Assembly: GCA_965240325.2 (NCBI GenBank)
Contig: OZ251223.1
Span: 1,798,001 to 1,862,000 of the forward strand
Length of the DNA stretch: 64,000 nt
Source of the DNA: Rebecca billardiae RCC1528
Taxonomy: Eukaryota; Protista; Haptophyta
Direction of reading: 5' to 3'
A program made the position numbers and the translations under genes. Position 1 is the stretch's first letter. The number at the start of each line of letters is the position of its first letter. Shown one piece after another: positions 18,019 to 29,146 of the stretch. A model generated the notes under the pieces. It did no database searches and was not told the origin of the DNA. It saw nothing but the letters and a program-made list of their open reading frames with translations.

Positions 18019-19364
18019 CTTTGGGCCTCGTCGTTTTCTGTTTCTCGGCCGGTCATTATTTCCGGTCGCTCGCTGGTCAGGGCGGGTTGAGACCCCGCCT
18101 TTTCTGACGAGCTCCGCGCTGGCGCGGAGCGGCGGGCGCTTTCCAGTAAAAGCGGCCGGCCGTTTCAAGCCCGCCGCACCGGAGCCAGCATGGCGCCTCG
18201 GCCCTGCTGCGCCGTCCCCGCTCCTGCCCTCGCGCTGTCGCCGCCCCCGCGAGCGCCTACGCCTCCGCCGTCCGCACTGTAACGCGTTCCGTCCCTGTCT
18301 GCGCTGTCACCTGTGCTGATGCCACCCATGTTGACAGCCTCACGCCAGCTCACGCCGCATCATGTACCCTCAGTCTCACGGCACCACGGCCCGCTGCGCC
18401 GGCTTGAGCACTCCTGTGGACACACGCGCGCCGGCGAGCCGAGCGATCACGGCTCCAGTAGGCTCAGTAGATAGCCAGCACGTTGTCGCGTCAGGCTGCC
18501 ATGCGAGGGCCGTGCAAACGCGCGATCGTCGTGAGTCCCGTCCGCGCCAGTGAGGCACTTGCTGCAATGATGCCATCATGATGTTGCACGTCGAACGTCG
18601 AGAGCCCAAGCTGCACAGGCTGCTCCTCGTGTTCACGGCAGAAGCAGATAGGTGGAGCTTTGGCAGCTTCGCCTACTCCCATGCTTCAGAGTCTCAGAGT
18701 GCGTCCTGCTGTGTCACGAGGCCGTGTTCAGCTGACAGTAGCACCCGCAGCGGCAGCACGCGCAGCTGCACGAGTCACTGCAGTATAGGGGCACTGTCCC
18801 GGCGTCACTCTTCAGACTGACCAGTGTCGACGCATAACCAAGCCGTGCCGTGTGAGCACGGTGAGTATGGCACCCATGCGGCGTAAGCGGCGTAAGCGCC
18901 GAGCACGAGGCTTCGCCCGGCCCATCCAAGCTGATGGTCTCCGACTGTCGCGCGGAGAGCGCAAGAAAGGCACCGCCTCGCGGCGGCGGCACTCGCAGAT
19001 AAGCTACCTGTTCGCTGGCTCTTGCAGCAGGCCCAACGCAGGGACGGCGGCCGAGATGTCACTTCGTAGGCCGACGTGACGACGCCCGGGACGGTGGCAT
19101 CGAGCTGAGCAAGTTACAGTAGCTTCTGTTGTTGTCACACTCACAGTCACAGCATCCAACTCATCTTCGCGCGCGCGCCGGTAATCGGTATCGTCCTCGT
19201 CCGTCGTCGTTTAAGTCCTCGTGGCGAGGGTGCTTGTCAACGGCGGGTAGCGCGGCTGGGGTTACTATGCCGGCGTGCGGGGGAGGCGCGCCACCACCTG
19301 CTGAATGCTGCTCATCGACTTGCCCTCCGCACGCCGAGATGGGGGCACCTCAACCGACTTGACT

Positions 19365-19961
19365 GGCCAGATGTGCACCGCATGAGTGAGACGACAGATT
19401 GCGGCCGAGAACCAAACAAAACCAAGCCGGTTTCACATGGGCCGTGTCAAGTATGACCCCCACCAGCCCTCCCAGCGCGTCAAAGTGTGTCCAAGTGTGT
19501 CATACGGCTGTTGTCGCCCGACCGATGTGCCCGTCGCAACCGCCAAGCCATCCCGGGTGGCAACGAACGCAATGCTTGCGCGGTGAACGCTGCGCGCATG
19601 CTACTCATCTGGCGAAAAGGCTGCCATGAGGGCTCCACCCGGCCCATTCTAGTAGATGGGACTGGTGCACGTTGAACTGCTGAGGACACTCACCAGCTCG
19701 CCTGGCGTGCGCGGACGGCGGGGCGTAACGGGAGCGGCCAGATGCGCACAGCGTGAGTGCGATGACGGATTGCGGCCGAGAACCAAAGAGAACCAAAAAG
19801 GTGCCACATGGGCCGTGTCAAGCATGACCCCCACCAGCCCCCCCAACGCGTCAAAGTGTGTCCAAGTGTGTCATACGGCTGTTGTTGCCCGACATGTGCC
19901 CGTCGCGCCCAAAACCACCCGGGTGCAAACAAGCAGCGCGCGTGCGGTGAGCGCGGCGCGC
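19365..19961. repeat. Diverged direct repeat of ~230 bp (19365-19598 and 19736-19961)
   Basis: Shared blocks gattgcggccgagaaccaaa, cacatgggccgtgtcaag and cgcgtcaaagtgtgtccaagtgtgtcatacggctgttgt; spacing about 370 bp. Confidence 0.85.
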
Positions 19962-20379
19962 ACGCGGCGCGCACCAGGCGAGACAGCCGGCCCAGACCCA
20001 TCCGGACCGCTCCGATTCGCGGCGGCGGCGCGCGCGCCGTCATTGGCGCCCCCCGCGCCTCCGTGCGAGGGGCTTCGCTCGACGAGGTTCCGCTTCGTGC
20101 GCCGCTTCGCCATCGGCACGATGGCGGCCTCTGAGCCGCCGCTACTGGAAAGTGCCAGCCGCTCCGCGGCGTCGCCAGAAAATCGACGTCGCGGAGATGA
20201 AACGGCTGGGTCTCAATCAGCCAGCGCCCCAAGCTGGTGGGCGAGCTCTTCGGGATTCTGCTGGATTCATCGTCGGTTCGACGATGGACGATCAGCAAGA
20301 TTGTAGTACTTATGTGGGCATGGGGGCAATTAATTAAAATACAACGGCCCGCTCTTGTCATGACTGTCCTTTATGTATA

Positions 20380-20973
20380 CAGGTGGATACGGGCTAACTG
20401 GACACAGGGGCTATCTGGACACTCAGCGGGCGGCGGGCCTCGTGGCGAGGGCTCGTGGGCGAACGAGCACGAGCGCCCACTGGCGGGTCGCCACGACGGC
20501 GCACGATGTTCGCTGAACTCACCTGGTCGTGAGACGTCGTCTGCGCACGCGCCAGGTCGCGCTTCTCGCCGCCTTCGCCTTGTTTCGTGAGTCCCGCGCA
20601 CAAGGGCGAACGCCAGCGTTTCAAGCCGCAAGGCGCGTGCGCGGACTCAGGAAGGGCGGACTCCGAGGCAAGGCGCGGTTGCGCTGGCGTGGGTAGGTCC
20701 CAGAGCAACCGTCCGAGCCGCTGCACACGCTTTTCCTCCGCGCGCGCGTCTCTGAGCTCGATTCCCATGCCTCAGCCAGTGCCAGGGGCTAATTGGACAG
20801 TGCCATTGCGGCCGCCACGCGCGGAGACGGGCCCGCAGCGCAGAAAGCGCGCTGCGGCGGAACTCCAGGGACCCCCTGAAGTCCGTCCCTGGCGCCCCTT
20901 CGACCCCAATGCTCCCAGGGAGGCCTCCGCGTGAGTTGGGTCGGCCACTGTCCAGATCACCCGTATCCACCTG
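20380..20973. mobile_element. Tc1/mariner-type MITE (594 bp, TA target duplication)
   Basis: TA|caggtggatacgggctaactggaca ... tgtccagatcacccgtatccacctg|TA, a 22/25 TIR match with the outer 14 bp perfect. Internal copies of gggcta(a/t)(c/t)tggaca occur at ~20408 and ~20786. Confidence 0.85.
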
Positions 20974-21098
20974 TACGGACGCCTCGTCATCCAACCGATA
21001 GAATCTGTACTACTACCCTCTTGATCAGCTATTCAACCAATGGTCGAGCAGCCCTGCGCGCGCGCAGGGCTGTACTCGCGCCGCCCCTCCACACCACG

Positions 21099-24000
21099 AT
21101 GCTGACCGAGGAGATCTCGTCGGCACTGCCGGGGTTCTCGCTGAAGAAGCCCTCTGGGACCTCAGCGCTCGACCAGCCGGGAAAGGCGCTGTTTGTGACA
21201 GTGCTGGCCTGGTCAGTGTACTCGATCCTCATCGGCAGCGCATGGTACCTCGAGTCCGCCAACTCGACGCCGCTCAAGCCGCTCGAGGCGTCTGTCGCGG
21301 TGATTGCGTCGGCAGTGACGTTCGCAGCGCTCACCATGCGCCTGGTCATGGTGGTGTCCTCCAAGAATGGGCTGCCCCAGGGCGTCACGATCGTGAGCTT
21401 CTCGATCACCGCCATGTCCGCGCTGACGAGCGGCATCATGGGCACGTGCGCAACGCCCATCATCATCGACCCCGTGACGAATTGCCAGGTGTACATGTTC
21501 CGCTGGTGAGCGTCGCTGCGGCCTGGCGCCGAGGCCTCGCGCGCCGCGAGCCGCGCCGCCCGGCCGCCCACGGCGCCTGTGCCCATCCCCGCGCCGTCCG
21601 CAGGTGCGAGTGGGTGGTCCTCTCCTTCCTCATGTCCTTCATCGTCGAGGCGATCGACAACAACGCGCACCTGACCATGGCGTGGGTCTTCGCGAGTTCG
21701 ATCTCCCTCTCGACGGCGTGCGGGCTCGTCCTGCCGTACATGAACACCCTGCTCAAGTGGTGGGCGGTGATGGTCTTCTCGTTCATCACGTACTTTGCCA
21801 TCTTCCCGCACGCGTACCTCAAGTGGCGCGGCTCGCGGCAGCACCCGCCCCTCGACACGCCCGGGCTCACGCCGCGCGCGCGGGAGGCGGCGCGGCGCGC
21901 GCACGTGGCGTTCAAGCTGATGCTCGTGTGCTCCATGCTCTGGACGTGGTTCGTGACCATCTACTTCCTCGGCTGGCTGCACGTCCACTTTGTGAAGCCG
22001 TGCAGCATGGAGGAGCAGCCGCACTTCCCGTTTGTGCTGGACACGCTCACGGACGTCTTTGCAAAGCTGGTGTACACAAGCGTCATCTCGCAGGTGGCGG
22101 AGTCGGTGCCGGACAGCTTCGTGGCGGAGGAGGTGAAGTGGTTCGTCGAGCAGATGAGCGTCGTGTGGCGCCGCTCGACCGACGTGATCGTCATCTCGAC
22201 GCCCGTCTCCTCAGAGCTCGCGCTCCGGGCCAAGCACCTTGCAGAGGCCGCCGCGCTCCGCGGCTCCGACGATGGCGGAGGCGCGGGTGGCGGCGCCGGA
22301 GGGGCGAGCGCGCCCTCGGTGCCGAGCACGATCGCGGTCGAGACGAGCGCGTCCGCCAGCCTGCGCGCACTCATCGGCTCGGAGGCCGACCAGTTCTGCC
22401 AGGGAAAGATGCACGCGGTCGACCTGTCCACGCCGTCGTCGAGCGCGCACCGCGGCGACGACGCGGAGCCGTGCTGCTTCCAGCACATTGTCGAGGACGC
22501 GTGGCGCGCGTCGCTCGGCGTGCGCGCCGACGGCGAGGTGATCGCGCTGCGCTCGTCGGGCTGGCGCGTGCGCGGCGCGGACGGGCAGCTGGTGCACCTC
22601 GAGGCGCACATCTCCTCGATCGCGGACAAGTCGGCGCTCGTGGTCGTCGTGCGCGACGTCACCGACAGACTGCGGCGGCACGAGGCCGAGATGCAGCTGG
22701 TGACCGAGCAGGCGGAGAAGAAGCTGATCGCGCAGACGGTCGCGCGGCAGAAGGACGAGGAGACGAACCGCTTCACGCGGCACGAGGTGAAGAACTCGAT
22801 GCTCGCCGCGATGAGCACGTGCGACGGGCTGCGCGAGATGCACGAGTCGGGCGTCGCGTCGGGCGCGATCGTCAACTCGGACTACGACATCGCGTTCCAG
22901 CGACGCGTGAAGGAGCTGGGCTCGACGCTCAAGAGCACGCTCGACGTGGTGCTGGCGCAGGCGATGGCGCGCGACGTCGTGCACGGCTCGTACACGCCGC
23001 GGCACGAGGCGGTGCAGCTGGACAAGGTGCTCGCCATCGCGGAGGGCAGCACCGAGCGCTTCAAGCAGACGGTCTGCCCGAGCCCCTTCCCCTCGCTCTC
23101 GCTCGACCCGGCGCTGATGCACCTCGTGTACCGCAACGCGCTCTCAAACGCGTGCAAGTACGGCGCGAGCGGCATGCCCGTGCACACGCACCTCGAGCAC
23201 GACGGCTGGACGCTCACCGTGCGCGTGACCAACGCGGCCGGCCCGGGGCACGAGCGCGTGCGCCGCATCGAGGACCCGGGCCGGATCTTCGAGAAGGGCG
23301 TGCGGCTGCACACCGAGGCGGACAGCGGGCTCGACAGCGGGCTCGCGACAATCTCGGCGGGCGACGGCGCGTGGATCATGCGCAGGTGTGCCGAGGCGCT
23401 CGGCGGCAGCTGCTCCATCCGCTTCCTCGAGGACACGACCGTCTTCGAGCTGCGCTGCCCGGCGCTCGTGCACGTGACGCCTAAGCAGGTGGAGAGCTTC
23501 GCCGTGCCCGGCACCGCGCTCGCGTGCGCGATCGACGACTCGCCCGTGCAGCGGCTGCTGCTGCGGAAGTCGCTGCTCGTGCTCGGCTTCGACTACAAGC
23601 GCGTCGAGGTCGCCGGCGAGTCGGACGACGACATCGAGCGCTTCGACGAGCGGCTCGTCAAGCTCGTGCGCGACAACCCGAGCGCGCGCGTGCTCGCCGT
23701 CGTCGACGAGAACCTCGAGCTCTCGGACCGCATGCGCACGGTCTCGGGCTCGCTGCTCGTGCAGCGCGTGCGCTCGACGCTGAGCGACGCAGAGGAGGCG
23801 CGGCTGCTCGCCGTCGTGCGCTCGGCCAACGACTCGCCGACCGACCTCGCCGTGTACATGGAGCGCGCGCACGCCGTCGTCCCGAAGGAGTCCTTCGACG
23901 AGCTCAAGGTGCTCGAGCGCTTCGCGCCGCTGTGGATCCAGCGCTTCGGCATGCCGGCGCACGCGCCCATCGAGTCGTTCGGGCTCGGCGTCGACGAGCT

Positions 24001-24286
24001 CGAGGCCAAGTTTGCAGAGGAGGTGCGCGCGCTCGTGGCGGCGGTCGACGCGCACGCGCTGGGCGCATGGCCGCGCGTATGGCCGCTGCTGCATCAGATC
24101 AAGGGGCACCTGCGCACCATGTCGCAGCAGCCCCCCGGCCGCGCGGCGAGCGTGAAGGCCATCACCACGCGCATCGAGCTGTACAGAGGCCGCGCCGACC
24201 CGCCGCCCAGGTTTGCGGATGAGGAGTGGCCCGAGCTGCGCGCGCTCATCACGAGGCACCTGCAGCTGTCGGGGCACGCGCTCTAA
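21099..24286 (+). CDS. Microbial rhodopsin (8 TM) fused to PAS/PAC-like, HisKA, HATPase, receiver and Hpt-like domains; exons 21099-21505, 21604-24286
   Basis: Removing intron 21506-21603 (GTGAG...CAG) creates the helix-C motif YMFRWCEW; helix F LWTWFVTIYFLG; helix G TDVFAKLVY (Lys codon 22064-22066); VRDVTDR; H-box RFTRHEVKN (22781); N-box NALSNACKYG; IFEKG; receiver AIDDS/VVDEN/RSAN/VPK; C-terminal LHQIKG. Confidence 0.85.
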
Positions 24287-25516
24287 GACGACCGACACAG
24301 TCTAGGACTCGTCACTAGGCACTAGCAGACGACGTAGTCAGTATGACAGCCACTCCAAGACGGATGAGATCGTCAGCGGCATCGATCTGGCTGCTGACTC
24401 GCCGATGAGTCATGAGTCACATGCTAAGATAGTGAGCAGTCAGTCGAACTCGACTGATCATCGATCTATCTACATCACTCACTAGTCACTGACTGTCGTC
24501 TGACAGGCCCGCGCCCAGAGTGGCAGTTAGTGAGCCTGCTTGTCGAGTGAGTAGTGAGCAGTCACGTGATGACTCCTGCTCCGTCACCTGCTACAAGTAC
24601 TCAGGCAATATCGCGTCGCGGGCCAATACTAGGAGCTGTCACGTTAAGAAACTGGGGCTTGCTATCTGCGGATCTGGCGCCTAGAAACTGAGACTGGCGA
24701 TATTGGCCGCTGGTTCCGCTATACGCATATAGTCACACTGTACTGCTCAATAAAACTGGGACTACGTCGTTGCGGCTGACGAGTGGTCCGCCGAGGCGCA
24801 CTGCCCGTGGGACGCGGCGCGCGCGGCCCGATTACGAGTAGCTATACAGGCCAAGTCCCGACTTCTCCTGATGACTGACTCCTGGCCAGTGCACCGCAGC
24901 ATCCATGCATGGTCATCATATGCCATATTTGCTCCAAAATGGCCCAACATTTTTCTTCGGCCTCGCCGGCCGGGCCTAAAGACTCAGCGGGGGGCTCAGG
25001 CTCAGCCCCCCTGCGCCCCCCGCGCCTGCGCGGCGGGCGGACCTAGCTAAGTAGAAACGGAGACTCTGTAGGCGCTCGGGCTACCGAACGGCTAAGAAAC
25101 CGACGAGACTAGCCGCAGTGAGAGGCTCTGGCTTCTTATTTATTGATGCCCGCGCCATTATTGCCATTATTATTGGCATTGCCTGTCTGATAACTCAGAC
25201 TACACAGTAAAGAAATCGATTTTCGGCGTTACCGTAACCCGTCCGCACTTCCGCCCAGTGGGGATGCGGGGGATTTTTTTTCATGCCCCGTTCGCGGCAC
25301 TTCGCGCCGCGATACAGTAGCTTCTAGTACTTAGTAGAGCGGCGGTGTACTGGCGTGCGGTCACAGTGACAGAGTGACTGAGTGGTCACTGTTAGTCTGT
25401 GACTCACCTAGTACTAGTCTCGCCGGGGCCGCGGTCACTACTAGCTCTCTCTCTCTAGCTCTCAGTCTCTCTCTCTCTCTACAGATTGCAGACTCGTCGT
25501 CTTGTGCGCCTCGTCA

Positions 25517-27512
25517 TCAGCCACCACCGCCGCCAGCGCCGACACCGTCGGCCGCGGCAACGACGGCACCGCTAGTGATGCGGTCATGGTGTTCGATGGG
25601 CGTTTGGCGTAAGGGGCTGGGCGGTGCCGTGGTCGAGCGGCAATGCGGGCACACGCGGCACGCGGCGCTGCGGCTGCGCCTGTCGTCGCTGAGGCCGCGG
25701 CGACTGCTAGCTGGCTCCGACTCCGATTGAGCGCGAAGCCTCCCATGGTCCTCGTCACGAGCCGCAGGCCTCGCCGCCGGGAGGTGAAAGCGTGGGACCG
25801 AAGCGAACGGGCGAGCGACGACGACGGGCGACGGGCTGGGCGAGGGTACTCCGAGCAGCACAGGCGCCGAGTCCTGGTGCCCGAGCAAGCTTGGCGTCGC
25901 CGCCGACCTCGGTGCCGGCGGCTTCTCCTCCGAGTAGGCGCGCCTCATGCGGTGGTGGTGCGGCGCGTGTGCGCTGAGCTCGGCCTCGCGTGGCGTGGGG
26001 GCGGCGCAGACGTGGCCAGCGCGCCGAGGGCCGGCCTTGTGGGGGAGCCCTGTGAGCGCGGCAAGCCGCTCGGTGAAGACTCGAGCAATCGACGCCTCGT
26101 ACGCGCGCCCGCCCTCGCCAGCCGCCGCGCCCGGCCCGGGCGCGAGCCGGCGGCCGCACGCGCGCGCGATGTGCGCCTTGGCCTTCTGCAGCCCGTCCTT
26201 CTCCTTGGAGATGTACCCGTCCACGCCCGCCGAGGCGTACAGGCGGCGGTGCGCGCTCGAGCCGTTGCACGAGACGATGAAGGCGACGAGGTTGCGCGCC
26301 GCCTCGGGCACGCGCGCGCGCACGCGCGAGATCACGTCCGTGCCGCTCGGCACGCCCTCGCCCAGCTCCTGGTCGGAGAAGAGGATCACAGGGCCGGCGC
26401 GCACGAGCGAGCTGAGCGTCTGCTCGTACTCGAGGAGGTGGGCGCGCTCGGCGGCGGGGCTGTCGGCGTCGAGCGGCGGGATGACGAGCGGCTTCACGCC
26501 GCACGGGCACAGCGACGCCACCACGCGCGAGCGCACGATCGTGCGCGTGAGGCGCGAGTCGTCCACGACGACCACGCTCGCGTGCGGCGGGATGCGGAAC
26601 TGGTCGAGGACGGCGCTCTCGGCGTCGGTGTGCAGCGCGACGGGCGCGCAGAGGCGCAGCCACGTGTCGCCGCGCTGCTCGCACTCCGCGGCCCAAATGG
26701 CGCTCCCGCCGAGCGCAGCGGCGCACTTCTCCACGAGAAGCCTGCGGCGTGAGGCACGGTGGCGGTGGGCAGGGGCATCGTGAGCGGAGCGGCGCACGCG
26801 CGCGGCGCCGGTGGGCGAGAGGGCGCGCCGGCGCGCTCGGGTGTGCGCCGAGCTGACGCGCGCGCGCGCGCGCGCACCAGCTAGGATCGGAGAGCTGGTC
26901 GAGAATGATGTTCTCCTCGCGCGCGCCGAGGTCCTCGGCGCCGCGCGCATCGAGCGCACAGTCGATGACGAGCGTGGACTGCTCGACAGACACGCGCAGC
27001 TGCATGCGGCTGCGCACGCCGAGGGCGGCGACCGCCTGGGCGGCGGCGGAGACGGCCGTCCGGATGGGCACCTGGTCCACCTCCACCTCGCAGAAAGGGT
27101 CTGCATCGATCGCCACGTCGGCTGCGAGTCCGGCCGCATCGATCACGTCGCACAGCCGCACAGTGCAGGGCGACGGCTCGTACTCGCCCTTGGCGAGCGC
27201 CAGGCGCGCGATGGTGCCCTTGAGCACGCCCATGGCGTCGCGGATCTCTCGCGACGCCGTGGCGAGCGCAGGACGCGCACGTGCACCCGCATTGGCGCCC
27301 ATGAGCGCCTCGTCGGCGAGCAGCTGATCCAGAATCGAGGTGGCGCGTAGGAGCGGGTTGACCATGCCGTCCTCGAGCACGTGCAGAGGCGCGTCGATTG
27401 CGTGCGCGGAGCTCAGGCTGGTGCTGCTAGCACTCGAAACCTCGGAGTGCGTCATTGAGAGATTCGTCCGTGGGAGCATGCTCGGCGGCCACGCATGTTC
27501 TGAGTCCACCAT
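25517..27512 (-). CDS. Degenerate histidine-kinase-like domain + receiver (REC) domain + disordered tail; intron 26742-26877
   Basis: Splicing TG|GTGCGC...GCAG|G joins two ORFs to give DPSWLLVEKCAAALGG (compare GAWIMRRCAEALGG in the neighbour). LAKGEYEP parallels VVHGSYTP. Receiver residues VVDDS, FSDQEL, IVSCN and YISK are present. Confidence 0.75.
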
Positions 27513-28232
27513 TGTGTTGGTACGCGACGGCGTGGCCGCGTGGCGAGGCCGGCGCGAACAATTTGGATGAGGGCGTTGTCGGGAGGAAAGACGTGCGGGG
27601 AGCCGCTGCGAAGGCCCAAACCACGGCACGGATCGGTGTTTTTGTGCCGCGCTTCGGCCGCCAGTCTGATCACCCGGAGCCCGTTATAAAGGGGAATTTA
27701 TATGCTTGCGGAATTCGCAGGGCCGTGTCTTCGCAGCTTGTATGGGGGTACTTACGGCCTCCTGACCATCCTAACCGTACTTTCATCAGAATCATGTAGT
27801 TCATCGATGAATCACCCCAGAATCCTGAATTCCAGGCTGCCGATCTGACCAATCTCGGCCTTTCGCGCTTCGGCGCTCTAAACGCGACAAAATCTGCTCC
27901 CGCCTTCGACGCATAGGACGTTCTTGGTTGACATAGCAATGCCGCCAATGCGGTTAAATCCTACAGATTCATCGACGAAAGACCTCGGGGGGGGGGGGGG
28001 GGGCAGTCCCAAATGAGGAGAGAGCCAATCGCGATGCTCGCCATTTACAACCTTGGCCAATCTTCGTCAACCTCTGCCTCGGCGCTCACAAACAATGAGC
28101 TACGGGGAATCGGCACCTTCTCAAACCGATTCCGTATTCATCATAGTTGCCGTGCTTTTACCTGTATTACTCACATGACTAACCACAACTTGACTATCAT
28201 AGCCCGTCCTTCGACAAGTACGAGCTCACACG

Positions 28233-28978
28233 ATGGCGACGGCCGCGCACACCCACTGTGCTTGTGTTCTGCTGCTCCTCGCCCGACTCGTCAGCACGCG
28301 CAACTCGTTCGACGAGATGGACGCCATCTCCGTGAAACACTATCACAACTTTGTTTTCAAAGCAGGCTGCATCGTGCGTGCTCGTCTCCAAGACCTGCGC
28401 GCTTGTGCACATGAATCAACTGCCCTTCCATGCGCCTCATCACGTGCACGTCCGTGCGCGCCGGGCGTCAGGTCATAGGCCAAAATCTCTACCAAGGCAC
28501 CATGCGTCTCGCCGACTTCCCGCGGAGCGCCATGCAGATGTGTGACTACTACGGCCCGCGATGCGCTGGCTTCCACGTGTACGCCCTCCCGGACACGACA
28601 GACGTCTTCATTGAGTACAAGAGCAACTGTGCCGTCTTGCCGCGCGAGTCTTGCCCGGATCTGCTGGGGCAGCAGACCGGCGGGCGCTGGTATTCCTGGA
28701 TGAACACGGTACACTGCCCGTACGCGCACCGGCTCGGCATGGCCGAGGAGAAGGAGCGGAAACGCTCGGGCACCATCCCCGCTCTCATCGGGCTCGGTGG
28801 AGCGGCGCTTGCTGTCCTCGCCGCCGCTGCCGCAGCGCGTCGGCCGACGGGCGAGCAGCCACACGTACGACTGCAAGAGCACTCGGGCCCAGCCGTAGCC
28901 GAGCGCGCGGAGCCTGGTTTGAGTGGCGCTGCCGCTGCAGGCACGATGGGCAACACGGCGGCGGCAGACCGGCAGTGA
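28233..28978 (+). CDS. Small type I membrane protein with a Cys-containing ectodomain; probable intron 28374-28471
   Basis: Signal-like CACVLLLLARLVST, ectodomain MCDYYGPRCAGFHVY...KSNC...C...C, TM IPALIGLGGAALAVLAAAAAA then RR. The phase-0 GTGCGT...TCAG intron is inferred. Confidence 0.55.
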
Positions 28979-29146
28979 ACCCCCATCCGGAACCGGACAG
29001 ATCCGCCTGATCCGGTGCCTCGCGTCGGGACCGTTCACCATCTAACTGAGGAGTGGCGATGACGAAACTGAGTGGCCGGACTTGGTCTTGCCGCCCTGCT
29101 TCAGCCGCCCACCTTGGCCCTCATCGGGCGCTGCTGCCGGGACACT

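Noticed and set aside
18350-19080. Short ORFs that might be a degraded gene
   Set aside because: No recognisable motif or consistent frame; cannot be supported without a search.
19115-25325. Identical 13-mer tacagtagcttct at 19115 and 25313 flanking the rhodopsin kinase as ends of a composite element
   Set aside because: Same orientation, too short, and no matching inverted end or TSD found.
27640-28200. AT-richer block with a poly-G run as an ncRNA or element end
   Set aside because: No tRNA/rRNA/snRNA signature and no TIR/TSD pair recognised.
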